Of a DNA stretch of 64,000 nt, positions 16,073 to 28,576 are shown in pieces. The stretch spans positions 94,426,001-94,490,000 of the forward strand of contig OZ024740.1 of assembly GCA_964016885.1 (NCBI GenBank), given 5' to 3'. Position 1 is the stretch's first letter; each line of letters opens with the position of its first letter. This DNA is from Eledone cirrhosa (taxonomy: Eukaryota). Both the position numbers and the translations under genes were made by a program. The notes under the pieces were generated by a model. That model was not told the origin of the DNA. It did not search any database and was given only the letters and a program-made list of their open reading frames with translations.

Positions 16073-16695
16073 GGACAAACGTGTTATACGATCAATAATC
16101 TTCTAAAATTATATTAATATAGATTTATGGAAATTGTGTACGTGTGCGATTTCCTTTATTCTCTGGTGGTTTATAGTTCTAGAGGGCAAATAATTTCAGT
16201 AACTTTATAGCATTAAATCCGTGACTTAGTTGAATTCTATGTTTCATTACCATATAATATTTCATTTCAATATATTCTTCACTGGCATACAATACGTCTC
16301 ATGATATATTAGGATTATTCATATAGTTGTTCGATCGATTCACACCGCGAAATACCAGTATGAGTCATGTCGTTTCAAATGGAATAGGGAAGACAATATT
16401 TAGCGTACATACATATCACGTGTTCATAGGCAAAATATAACTGTTATAGATAATCTTGTAATGAAAAAATAAAATATAACTCTGGTGTAAAGTTTAAACT
16501 AAATGCTAACAGGTTTATATCCAGTTTGAATTTCATGATTTCTTTGGGAGTTGTTGATCATTAACCACATAAGACAACATTTTGATGTCCTACGATAATC
16601 AGCATTCTAGAGGAAATGCTTAATGTTGTATTATTTTATTTAGACATGTTAGTCTACGTCATAACAATTAAGCTCGTATTATTATGAAGATGTAG

Positions 16696-16876
16696 ATTGG
16701 CAGTATCGGTAGAGGGTCGGACGCCATGCTTTCCAGCATAGTTACGTCCCTTTATGATCTGAGTTCAAATCCCGCCGAGGTTCACTTTGCCTTTCATCCT
16801 TACGGGGTCGATAAAATAAAGTACCAGTAATGCACTGGTTGGTTGCTGGCCTTGTGCCTAAAGTAGAAACAATTAT
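16696..16876 (+). mobile_element. tRNA-derived SINE (family A) with TSD
   Basis: A box tggcagtatcgg, B box gagttcaaatccc; TSD attattatgaagatgtag at 16678-16695 and 16872-16889. Confidence 0.9.
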
Positions 16877-17419
16877 TATGAAGATGTAGTATAACGAATG
16901 TCAATCGAATCATACAAACACGTTGAAGCTCCCTCGTTAGCTCGTATAAGTTTGGTAAATGCATAGATACCAGGAGATATGGAATTCCTACAATTTTGTT
17001 TTGTATCAGTGGATTTATAAAGAATGATCTTTAATTGCGTGATATTGCATGAAACAATTTTATAAGATAATACAGAATTATTCATTCAGCTGGATGATTA
17101 ACATTAATGTAATTAGAAATATCCATTTCGTAACCAACAATGAACCTCCTTAATTAGCTTTGAGAAGATCTCATAATAAAATAACAGAGATGCTCCCTCC
17201 CTAACACCATCATTGGACCTGCATTTACATTTTCATAGTTACGTTACCTCTCTAAATCCCTCATCGATAATAATATGTATTGAATCCCAACTTGTTCTAT
17301 CGCAGCCAAGACAAATTAGTGAATGACAAGAACAATGATATAACCTTCAATATTTTTCTCGAATCTATATCTACTTATCTACCTGTATGTACATCTAATA
17401 AGAAATATCGCCAACTTTC

Positions 17420-19440
17420 AGACTTAATAAAAATAGTTTACGATTGATGATCAGCTGCATAAGAGTTACATTCAGACCAGCGTTGCCCTTTAGAAGATTC
17501 CGTTGGTTTGGCAGACTGAGTGCCCGATCTGGAATGGTTCCGATAAGGGAGAGTTGACTATAGCAACCGACTACATGCCATTGTGCATAGCAGCGATGCA
17601 GCATCTAAAGAGGGGGACAGAAGTTGTCTTCAATAGCGTCCTGGTAAAGATGGTTGAAGGTATTGGAATCTTTAGATCGATCCGATTTGACCAGATCTCC
17701 ACAGCTACCGTTCCTGTTGCTGTAGACGGGTTCAAATAGATTGGTGAACGAGTCAAGAATATATACGTTAGTATCATAGGATATTCCAACAAAAAAGTTG
17801 ATTTGTGACTCGTAGAATTGGTCAGGGTTTCCTCACACTCAGTTACTGTTATCTGCTTTTCATACAATTCTGCTTCAGCTGCAGATATTTGCGACAGGTT
17901 GTCGCAGTAGGAACAGATGTCGGCTACCCTCTAAAACTCACCACTCGTCTCGAAGAGTGGTGCGAATTGGTTGCTTAAATACACGGTACTCTACTTCGAA
18001 TCGAACAGTACGCACCTCTCTCGTTTCATCAAATATCGAATTATTGTTTTCTTTTCACGCTGCGTCTCTCCCATTCGGGCACTTTGAACATGTATTAGAG
18101 CACACACCATAGCACTATCAATACAACCTGAGTTGCATCTAATGGCCTCTTCTCATTTAGCTACAAAATACTCCGCCTCATAAATGATTTTATGTATCGC
18201 TAGTGTTTCTACTCTAATCATTGTCTTGAGAGCAGCCCGCCATCAGTAGACGTCTAACTTTTCAAACCTTACTTTGTTAAAGAGTTATTCCTGGCGTTGC
18301 ATGCCTTACGTGCAGGGCACGGATTTCTGGCCCAAACATTCTCCTTCCCTATTCTATTCTTATCTGCTAATCTAATGAAGTTATTTTCTATATATGATAT
18401 AGATGGCACTACTTTGATTGCGCGGGGCCATAATGTTGTATACGGAAAATCTAGTTTGTAATTTTCAGACAGATGAATGTCTCTGATCAGCTTCGTGAGG
18501 TTTTTGCACCCCTAATTTTGTATGCTACTACCAGAGAATGGCAACGCGTGTCCATTGTGTCGTTCTTCTCTCTACGTATAAGGCTTCCAGAGGCCTGAAA
18601 AAACACCGGCATTAAGGCCCAGGTTGCAGTGTTGACTGTCAGCAGTCGGAATGTAACACCTACGCAATTGCTCACGTCCAGGACTACCAACTTGTCGTCC
18701 GAGTCCAGGAAGATTATTTCTACTGCGAGATCCACCTCTTACATAAACAGCTCTGCAACTCATTTAAATAAAACATGTAAGATCGCAGCCGAATAAGTTC
18801 TGTTAGCTTACAGAATGTTGACCTGGAACAGTGCGTCCACACTGATCCCAGGCCAGTTCTCTCAACGTGTTCGTTTGACATCCAGGATGGTGTTGTTTCC
18901 CTATTGTTCGATGAACACCAATATCCACAAAATGATTAATTCTGGAACTAATATCCACCCTAGAATGTGGGTGCGTCTGCAGCTCGCTACGTGTAGAGAA
19001 ATAATTGTTTCTACTTTAGGCACAAGGCCAGCAATTACCCAGTGCATTACTGGTACTTTATTTTATCGACCCCGTAAGGATGAAAGGCAAAGTCAACCTC
19101 GGCGGGATTTGAACTCAGATCGTAAAGGGACGTAACTATGCTGGAAAGCATGGCGTCCGACCCTCTACCGATACTGCCAATCCACCTACGTGTAGAGAAA
19201 TAATGATGCCGATTAACAGTGTTACCGGATGCTGGACATTCGAAACGATAAGGATTCTCAAGGAGAAAAACTACTGGGATGAGGTAAGTTATCTCTGAAA
19301 ATTAGGTGGTGGAGAGGAACTCGTATATAGCGTGTTTCATCTATTTCCGTCTAGCCATTGCACCAGGCCCCCTTTCAACGCCTCGGCAAATTAGAACGCT
19401 TAGCTTTCAGCTTCTTGTGAAAGGGACTGGCTCCATTGGT
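17420..19440 (-). mobile_element. Degraded Tx1/L1-clade LINE ORF2 remnant (APE endonuclease and RT pieces), interrupted by a SINE
   Basis: IIFLDSDDKLVVLDVS..FRLLTVNTAT (APE-like, 18487-18735); FRCCIAAMHNGM*SVAIVNSPLSEPFQIGHSVCQ (RT region preceding the QGCPLS motif, ~17500-17620). Boundaries approximate. Confidence 0.65.
19003..19185 (-). mobile_element. tRNA-derived SINE (family A) with 19-bp TSD
   Basis: Reverse complement of the 16696 element; TSD ctacgtgtagagaaataat at 18987-19005 and 19186-19204. Confidence 0.92.
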
Positions 19441-19874
19441 ATGGCTGTCTATCTATGATGATGCCCGAAGTGGCGTCAACTCCATATATTTCTAAATAGT
19501 GAACATTTGTGGTCACCGTTTATCAGACAAATACATTTGTTAAAAGAACATTTAGTAAAGAGGTTGGTGAATATAGCGTGGATGACCCAAGTTAACTGAC
19601 TTACTGATACCACGAACCTATAGGACTTCATCTTGGTGTACACTATCAAAATAAGGCAGATTAGAATTGGCGCTGTTCCTAAGTCACCTTCAGTGGTGTC
19701 AACTAACTATTGTGGGATATTTGTTCTTATGCATTTGGTAGTTATATTTGTTTATGCCTGTTAGCTGTTTAACTCGTCATTTTGTAAGCCGTCACTATAC
19801 ATGTTAGCTCCACAAAACTAAGTGTTCAGGCACTTGCTGTCAATGTGGATATTGTTATTTTATTAGGGCTGTGG

Positions 19875-20321
19875 AATGGCAACGTGCTGTCCACACTCTT
19901 GTACGGAAGGGAAACATGGCACTTTAAGACCAGCCAAGAGAAGAAGTTGGACGCATTCGATTCCAGATGTCTGCGAAAGATCCTGGGGATTAAATGGAGT
20001 GACCATCTAACAAACCAGGAAGTCAGGAACCGCACCAACCAGCAGCTAGTCTCTTCTGCCATCTGCAAGCGACGCCTGGGCTGGTTTGGGCACGCTTTGA
20101 GACTTCCCCCGGAGAGACTGGCGAACCAATTACTTAAATGGAACCCAAAGGGAAGCAGACGGAGAGGGCAACCCAAAATGAACTGGAGCCAGACAGTTGA
20201 GAGGAACCTGCGAGCGACAAACAGACAATGGCGGGACGCTGTGCAACTGGCTGCTGACCGAACGCGGTGGAAAACAATGATTGCCTCATGCGACGCAAGA
20301 CGCGGGAGCTTCGGAGTCTGA
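19875..20321 (+). mobile_element. 5'-truncated RTE-clade LINE, C-terminal coding region still open
   Basis: VLSTLLYGRETW..LDAFDSRCLRKILGIKW..RRLGWFGH..RRRGQPKMNW..AADRTRW is the typical RTE C-terminus. Confidence 0.88.
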
Positions 20322-20325
20322 CTCT

Positions 20326-20470
20326 GTGGAAGTGCAGTATTGGTCAACTATTGGGCACCATGTTTTGCGATGTGAGTTCAAATCCTGCCGAGCCTAGATT
20401 TGCCTTTCGTCCTTAACGGATCGATATAACAAAGTACCAGTATTCAACTGGGGTCAGTTGGGGTTGATCA
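20326..20470 (+). mobile_element. Diverged SINE related to family A
   Basis: gagttcaaatcctgccgag..tttgcctttcgtcctt..gatcgat..aaagtaccagt matches the family A body. Confidence 0.65.
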
Positions 20471-20554
20471 GTTATATAATTAATATGAATTGTCCCTTAA
20501 CCTGCGTGGATCAGCTTCCATTTAGTCGAAGTATATATATGTATCTATCTACCC

Positions 20555-21161
<607 letters not shown>

Positions 21162-21199
21162 CACCTACACAGACATAAACAAAAACCAAACCTAAACAG

Positions 21200-23695
21200 A
21201 AAATAATGAAATGGTACTAACAGTCTAAAATACGTCAACACCCTAACAAACAAAGAGTCAGATAAAGGGAATGCAGTAGTCCTATGGAGACACATTATTA
21301 CACAACTCTAGTACTCTCTACTCTAGAAAACCAAACATATCATCAAAAGGCCCAACACTACACACAACAGAAAATAATGAGAAACATATAATCCATAACA
21401 ACACTTTACAAAGAAGGCCTTACATACAAGGATTACAACTACATCACCAATTTCAAAATCAGAACCAGCCTCTTCTACGATATGCCAAAGACACAACATC
21501 GAAGTAATAGGCCTGCAAGCAATACACAGATGTTTACATCAATATCGCACCTCCCGATGACTTTAAATTAAGACCCATAATACCAGGCATCACATGTGAA
21601 ACACACCGCCTAAGCAACTTCCTAGATATTCTGCTTAAACCTTTCCTAAGACACATAACAAGCTTCATAAGAGACGACCTTGACATGATCAACCACCTCC
21701 CAACAATACTCAAAAATGAACATACTCTACTAGTAAACTTTGATGTCATAAATGTATATTTCATTAGCCTACACAACCTAGGTATAGAGGCAATACAATT
21801 CTGGATGGAACATTTCCCTAGTGAACTCCCACAGCGCATCCCTAACAAATTTGTATTGGAGGGACTCACATTCAACTTGGAAAACGATTTCTTCGAATTC
21901 AATGCCAAATACTACAGGCAGACATATGGGACTGCCATGGGCACGAAAGTGGCCCCCTCACACGCCAACCTTGTCATAGGATATTTGGAAACCACTCTCT
22001 ACCGCAAAGTTCTAGACAAATACGGCAACCACTTCTAACAACACATAGAACACAGAAAAGAATTGGAAGAGATATCTGGACGACTGATTCATCCTCTGGC
22101 ATGAAAGTATAGATATACTGTTTGAGTTTAAAGCCCTTCTGAATGGACTCAACACATACTTACAATTCACAATGGATTACAGCTATGAACAACTCCTTTT
22201 CCTCGCCATCCTCATCAAGAACACAAGCAACAAAATAGAAACAGACATATACTACAAACCCACAGACACCAAACAATAACTTCCATTTAACACATGCCGC
22301 CCTAGACACACCAAAATGACAATTCCTTATAACCTGGCCAGAAGGATCTGCAAAATAATTTAAGATAACTACACATGCTACACACGACTAGAATAATTAA
22401 AAATCACACTTATCAGCAGAAACTACCCAACATCTCTAATTAACAATGGATTCCAACGTGTCCTAAAACTAGACATCCAGGAACTCAGACACATCAAACG
22501 CATGAATGAACCGCAACAAAAAAACTCTACCATACATCTCCACACAAAACCCCCTCAACAATGAGACATTCCACACCATCCTCCAGAACATTACTTTACT
22601 AAAAAGAGACGCAAGAATGAAGAAAATCCTCCAAACATACAACTCCATAAGAGCAAACGACAACGTAAATCCATATAAAAAGACCTCACACAAGCGAAAA
22701 TACAACAAACCCTCACAATGAACCGTACAGTAACAAAATGTGTTGATCTGCTTAGGTTTTCAAGAGCACTATATAGGACAGACAAAAAACAGCCTCCATC
22801 AACGTATGACCGTTCATAAATCACAATTTAAAATAGAGCAATACAGAAAGATTGCATTTAGTGAACATATCGCCATATGTACTCACAACCAACATCCAAA
22901 CTTTAAAATTTCCCCCATTTAAAAATACATAGACAACACTATTTCCATCCAACGTACCAATAAGGAAACATATTTCATTAACAAATTCCAACCTCTAATT
23001 AATGCTCTAAAAATCGGACCAATCTAAAACTTAAACAAACAATCAAACATTTACAAGAGTTACCTCCCTCACACCCTACCTAATCCTTTGTCTTAAATGA
23101 ATTAAATATCATCCAGCAGGAATTGCTTCCGCCTGTATATTAACTCTCTAAAAAGGGAAATCATATCAAACCTCAGTCCATCATTTGCCTCCATCATGGA
23201 ATCATGGATCAACTAAGCACAATTGCTATATTAACACATTTTGATATGCTTAACTTCAAGAACTATGCATGTAAATATCATTATTTTTTTCCACATTGAC
23301 ATTTTATGCTCTACATTATGTCCGTTTTCTTTTTCTTTTTACCTTTTTTATTTTCACTTCATAAACCTTCTGCACCTTCTCTTTAACATGTGAGACACCA
23401 CATTAATACATTTCACTATCATTTGATAATGCATAAAAATGCTGAAATCGGTAATATACAATTATTAAATATATAAATAGATAAATAAATACCATTGTTA
23501 AATAATAAATAAATCAACTAATATCTTAACTCTTCACGAAAAGTAAAACATTTCGTTTTAATCATTTTCTAACCCAGAAAAAAGGGAGAGAGGAACAAAA
23601 AAGGAAAAACATATATTTTTCTTCCTAATAATTGTCTCTTTCTACCTATTTTCATATGTATATATCCTAACTCGTGTGCTTCTTCTCCACATTTT
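21200..23695 (+). mobile_element. Degraded Penelope-like element: RT, C-terminal GIY-YIG endonuclease and 3' pseudo-LTR region
   Basis: KESDKGNAVV; LVNFDVINVY (motif A); YYRQTYGTAMGTKVAPSHANL (motif B'); WKRYLDD (motif C); YIGQTKNSLHQRMTVH..SEH (GIY-YIG). Many stops and frameshifts. Confidence 0.88.
23415..23460 (+). ncRNA. Degenerate minimal hammerhead motif in the PLE pseudo-LTR
   Basis: ttgataa-tgcat aaaa atgct-gaaa-tcggta. Combined with the sister copy at 63868-63912, the consensus is CTGATnA TGCAT..ATGCA GAAA CCGGTA. Confidence 0.45.
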
Positions 23696-24900
23696 ATTAT
23701 TATTATTATAAATATATATATAGTTTTTTGGGGGGGAATTATGCAAACAGCCATTTCAAGCCAGTAGAATGACACTGTCATTTTATTTTTATTTTCATTT
23801 GTATTTGCCGGCGGCGGCGGGGGGGGGGGGGTATAAATAGAACGGCAGATGCTAATATATATATATATATATATATATTAGTATCTGCCGTTCTTTTTAT
23901 ATCCGACGTATATAAAAAGAACGCGGCAATTTCGAGCATGCAACAAATATCTTCAACAAAGGCACACATAGAGATTAAAAAGGGAGAGGGTGTGTGTGAA
24001 TGAGAGAGAGAGATAGAAAGTGACAGAGCGAGTAAAACGGAGAGAGAGTGTGCGAGAATGAACAAGAGAGAGAGATTGACAGAGAGAATGACGAAGAGAG
24101 AGAGTGTGTAAGTGATATAGAGAGAATGGGATAATTTAATGAAGGAGGCTGTTAGGAAATTTATTTTTCCAAGGAATTATTTTTCCAAGCACTCGAGGAA
24201 GGCTAAACCGCCCGAGCGCCTGGCGCGCAGTCGGGAAATCCGCCACATCCGTCGGATCATCGTGTGTTACCAAACGATTATTATTTATTCACACCCGTGG
24301 TGTGAGTTTGAAAGTGGTATATCGCGATGAAATGGGCTAATAGACTATATCTAGTCCTCAATTAGTAAGGGTTATAGTAGTATGGTTCTAGGGTGGGTAG
24401 GGGGAGTGAATAAAGATAAACAGATATAAGAGTACAGAGAGTAATATTCTAGGGTCGTGTGCTAATGAGCACATTGGTAGGTATGTCCTTGTAATAGAGC
24501 GAGTAAATAAATACAGAAGTGAAATAAATAATAAGCAAAATAAATAAATAAAAAGCTAAATACATAAATAGAAATACATAAATAAAATGCAGTCATAACT
24601 AGGGTGGTGATGCATGGAGTAAAACGGAAGTATACAGAACATATCGAAGAATTCAAAACACAGGGGAAATATAAGATAGATCGAGGGGCATTTTGATTAT
24701 ACATTATTTATTAAGGTTTGTTGGTTCACCACTGGATATAACTAGTTATTCCGTGTGGTCAACATCGATGTATTATATATATTATTATCTGCCGTTTCTG
24801 TTTATATAAAAAAATGACGGTGTCATTCTACTTACATAGCTGGAAGAGGATGTTTGCATAATTGCAAACTAAAATATATATATTTTTTTATTATTGTTAT
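23696..24900. mobile_element. Putative non-autonomous element with imperfect ~150-bp terminal inverted repeats
   Basis: aattatgcaaaca..agtagaatgacactgtcatttt..tataaatagaacggcagat (23737-23850) is mirrored by atctgccgtttctgtttata..aaaatgacggtgtcattctact..tgtttgcataatt (24787-24863). Confidence 0.55.
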
Positions 24901-25201
24901 TCGAAAAACTCACGTTCACATTTCTTGTATTCAGCCATGTAGAGTTATAAAACTATTAGTTATATATCAATATTTGTGTATATATTCATATATACATATA
25001 CTTTAACCTGATTAGTTATTTAGTTCATTTGGTTGGGTTTTGCCTACCGCAATGTTTTCAATGTGTCAAGCTATTTAAACGTATGCTATTACTCTAAGTA
25101 CCTACCTTATTTAGTGCTTTGCTACTCATTCTTTATTGTACGTCGACTTTGCTTGGCTACAGCTAAAGCTTCGATTTTACTAAGTTTCAACTTGTATCAT
25201 A

Positions 25202-25270
<69 letters not shown>

Positions 25271-25272
<2 letters not shown>

Positions 25273-25732
25273 CTTTCACCGTATTATTTGACTAAACAAT
25301 GTTAGTCTGATAATGGGGTTTATAACCCTCAGATAAATGGATAAAGATGAGTATTGACGTACATGGGAGTCGAACCTACATCTTTGGTTTAGACCACTGT
25401 GCTACCATTTACACCAACACATCACCCATCTCCTTCCATTCAAATTAGAAGGTACGTTTTAGCGAGTACAAATGACAAGTAAATATGTTTTGAAACAGTG
25501 AGCAGTTTGAACTTAGAAAATAGAATAGCTTTCACCGTATCTTTTGACTAAAGACATTTCAGTCTGATAATGGGGTTTAGATCCCTTAGATAAATGGAAA
25601 AAGATGAGTATTGACGTACATGGGAGTCGAACCCACATCTTTGGTAATCCATTTATATGAGGTTATAAACCCATTATCAGACTAACATTTCTTTAGTCAA
25701 AGAATACGCTGAAATCTATTCTATTTTCTAAT
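25271..25732. repeat. 256-bp tandem repeat unit containing a tRNA-like sequence, ending in an inverted partial copy
   Basis: Units start agctttcaccgtat at 25271 and 25527; 25648-25732 is the reverse complement of ~25514-25598. Confidence 0.85.
25355..25423 (-). pseudogene. tRNA-like cloverleaf lacking the anticodon triplet
   Basis: Acceptor gatgtgt/gtacgtc, D arm gtgt-aaatggta-gcac, anticodon arm gtggt-ctaa-accaa (4-nt loop), T arm gtagg-ttcgact-cccat. Confidence 0.75.
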
Positions 25733-25891
25733 TTTATATATATATATATCTGTAGGTGAAGAGGCAGGATGTGTGGTTAGTGAAGAGGAACTGGTAGAAG
25801 GTAAACAAGAGGAGAAAAGTATCTCTTCAACAACTGTTCACTACAGATCATAGATGTTTCGGCGCTTAAAACAGAACATTGACCCCTATAA

Positions 25892-26328
<437 letters not shown>

Positions 26329-27525
26329 AGGTGTAGACTCCGCTACATAACTGTACGATGTAGGTTATGTTAACTCAATATGAGAAGACTCACTTGCTAC
26401 TGGAATAGGCTAAATTTCATCGATCACCAGACAGAACTTGATGAAGTTAATTGATACTAATGTTTTTTTTTCTGTCGATAATACATGCATGCTTGCTGAG
26501 AAAAGTGCGTTTTTCTTTAATAATTACAGAGGGGAATACAGTACAGTTTCAAATGACATGACATATATCCAACGGCTTACTACATACGAATCTCAAAGAA
26601 AATAAAAACCATTAGTAATGTATATTGATTGCTCAAGGGTAATAAAGTTACAAACACTGTATGTTATGTGAGATGGAAACAAATTCATTTCCAGCATAAG
26701 GCGAACACTACAAAAGAGCTTAGAGAAATTCATAAGATAAAAACCATTCATCTTTGAATCATTCTTAGATTACAAATATACATATCAATAGACATGCTTA
26801 TTTTTATATGGAATAATACAATCATGACAAGACTTTTGCTATTTTTGGTGTTTTAACATCAATGCTATAACTTAAGGGAGACATTAAATAAATACAAAAA
26901 ATAAAATGAAAAATTGGATCTCAATGTATATATTAATTTGAAAATGAAAAAGAATTCAGGCACACTATATTAAGTGTATGCATGTATATGTTTAAGTAAG
27001 TTTGTATGCGTGAATGTATGTTTATATGAACGTAGATAGTTATATATGTATGCATGTATCTATATATCTATACGCATACATACATAACTATATGTATATA
27101 TATATGCATACGCATGTATGCGTATATATATCTATATTCGTATGTAGGTAAGTATTCTAGTTTATATCTATGAAGGAATATACATGTGTTTATAATGTAT
27201 GTAAGTATCCAAACTATGTATATATGTATATATAGGTATACGTCCATGTTGACACGTTTGTATATATAGTGTATGCTTGCTCTGTCTTTTCCCGGATAGT
27301 TATGAATGTTAGTTATCAACGCACTGTTCTATAATGTACTGTCTTTAATGCGTTCGAAAATCAGTGATTCACAGAAGACGGCCGATGAGCGGGGATTCCC
27401 CGTTGTGTATGTGTTCACCTCACGTTTTCTAAATAATATATATGTACATATCTAAGTAACAACAATGTAAAATTGTAATATATAATTAAATCGTTTAGAA
27501 CTAAAACTGAAATCATTCTTTTTCT

Positions 27526-27593
<68 letters not shown>

Positions 27594-27642
27594 ACAGGGA
27601 GTAAGAGTCGATTATGAGGAAGAAAAATATATGCCTCTTCTT

Positions 27643-27671
<29 letters not shown>

Positions 27672-27676
<5 letters not shown>

Positions 27677-27911
27677 CACAGAAAAAAGAGAATCAGGTAT
27701 TTAATTGGACATATTACAATTGTTACTCGGGCGACCAACTCGAGGCACGATCGATATGGTGATCACACCTGACTCTGAAATGAACACGGTGATTTCAGGT
27801 CAGGTGTGATCATTAAATCGATCGTGCCGCGAGCTGGTCTCAAGAGAAACATTGGTAATATGTCCAACAAATTCCTTTCGTCGCAACACTGATTCTCATT
27901 TTTCTGTGATA
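27672..27911. repeat. Imperfect ~110-bp-arm inverted repeat between (TA)n tracts
   Basis: atcacagaaaaa..gagaatcag..ttggacatattac..ggcacgatcgat..gatcacacctgac is mirrored by gtcaggtgtgatc..atcgatcgtgcc..gtaatatgtccaa..ctgattctc..tttttctgtgat. Confidence 0.85.
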
Positions 27912-27967
27912 TCATATTCTGCTCTACGAGGGTATTTAGTGCTCGTACGGACGCTTTAAGCATCCAA

Positions 27968-28033
<66 letters not shown>

Positions 28034-28170
28034 AATGTTAAACAAGGTTCAATGAATGAATCAAAGAATGTGTTTTACAATAGATTGGAAGCACTCAACT
28101 GTTGACTTCTCCAGAGTTATTAATATTATTTCTAAATATTAACAAACATAGACATTCGTGTGATCAAATA

Positions 28171-28237
28171 TATTTCATTATACATATTTCAGAGGTACTA
28201 AGCTAACTTCAACAGTACGTCCTCATCAGATAAAATA
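28171..28237 (-). ncRNA. Type I minimal hammerhead ribozyme motif
   Basis: tattttat-CTGATGA-ggacgtact..agtacctct-GAAA-tatgta-TA^-atgaaata: 8-bp helix I, helix II with one mismatch, short quasi-palindromic helix III. Confidence 0.65.
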
Positions 28238-28576
28238 ATGCATGACATACCCTGACAGAGTAGATGGTTAAGATTCAGTCATGGTAGTGAATACGATATG
28301 TCAAAACTCAATATGTATATACCTTAAGATTAAGACATGAAAGCATTTACATATAATACATATGGTGCGTGTGAGAAAGCTTAACAATACATAATAGCAA
28401 TTTACATAACTGCTAGAGATTCAAATAATTTAAGTTATTGAAGAAAGAATAAAGAAGAAAGACAGAGAGAAACAGACGAGGAGAAAATATAGTTACTAGA
28501 CGTATAGAAAGCAAAAGAAAATTGATCAAGGATAGAGAGACAAGTAGTAATATGTGTTATAGTATAAAGCATAGGG

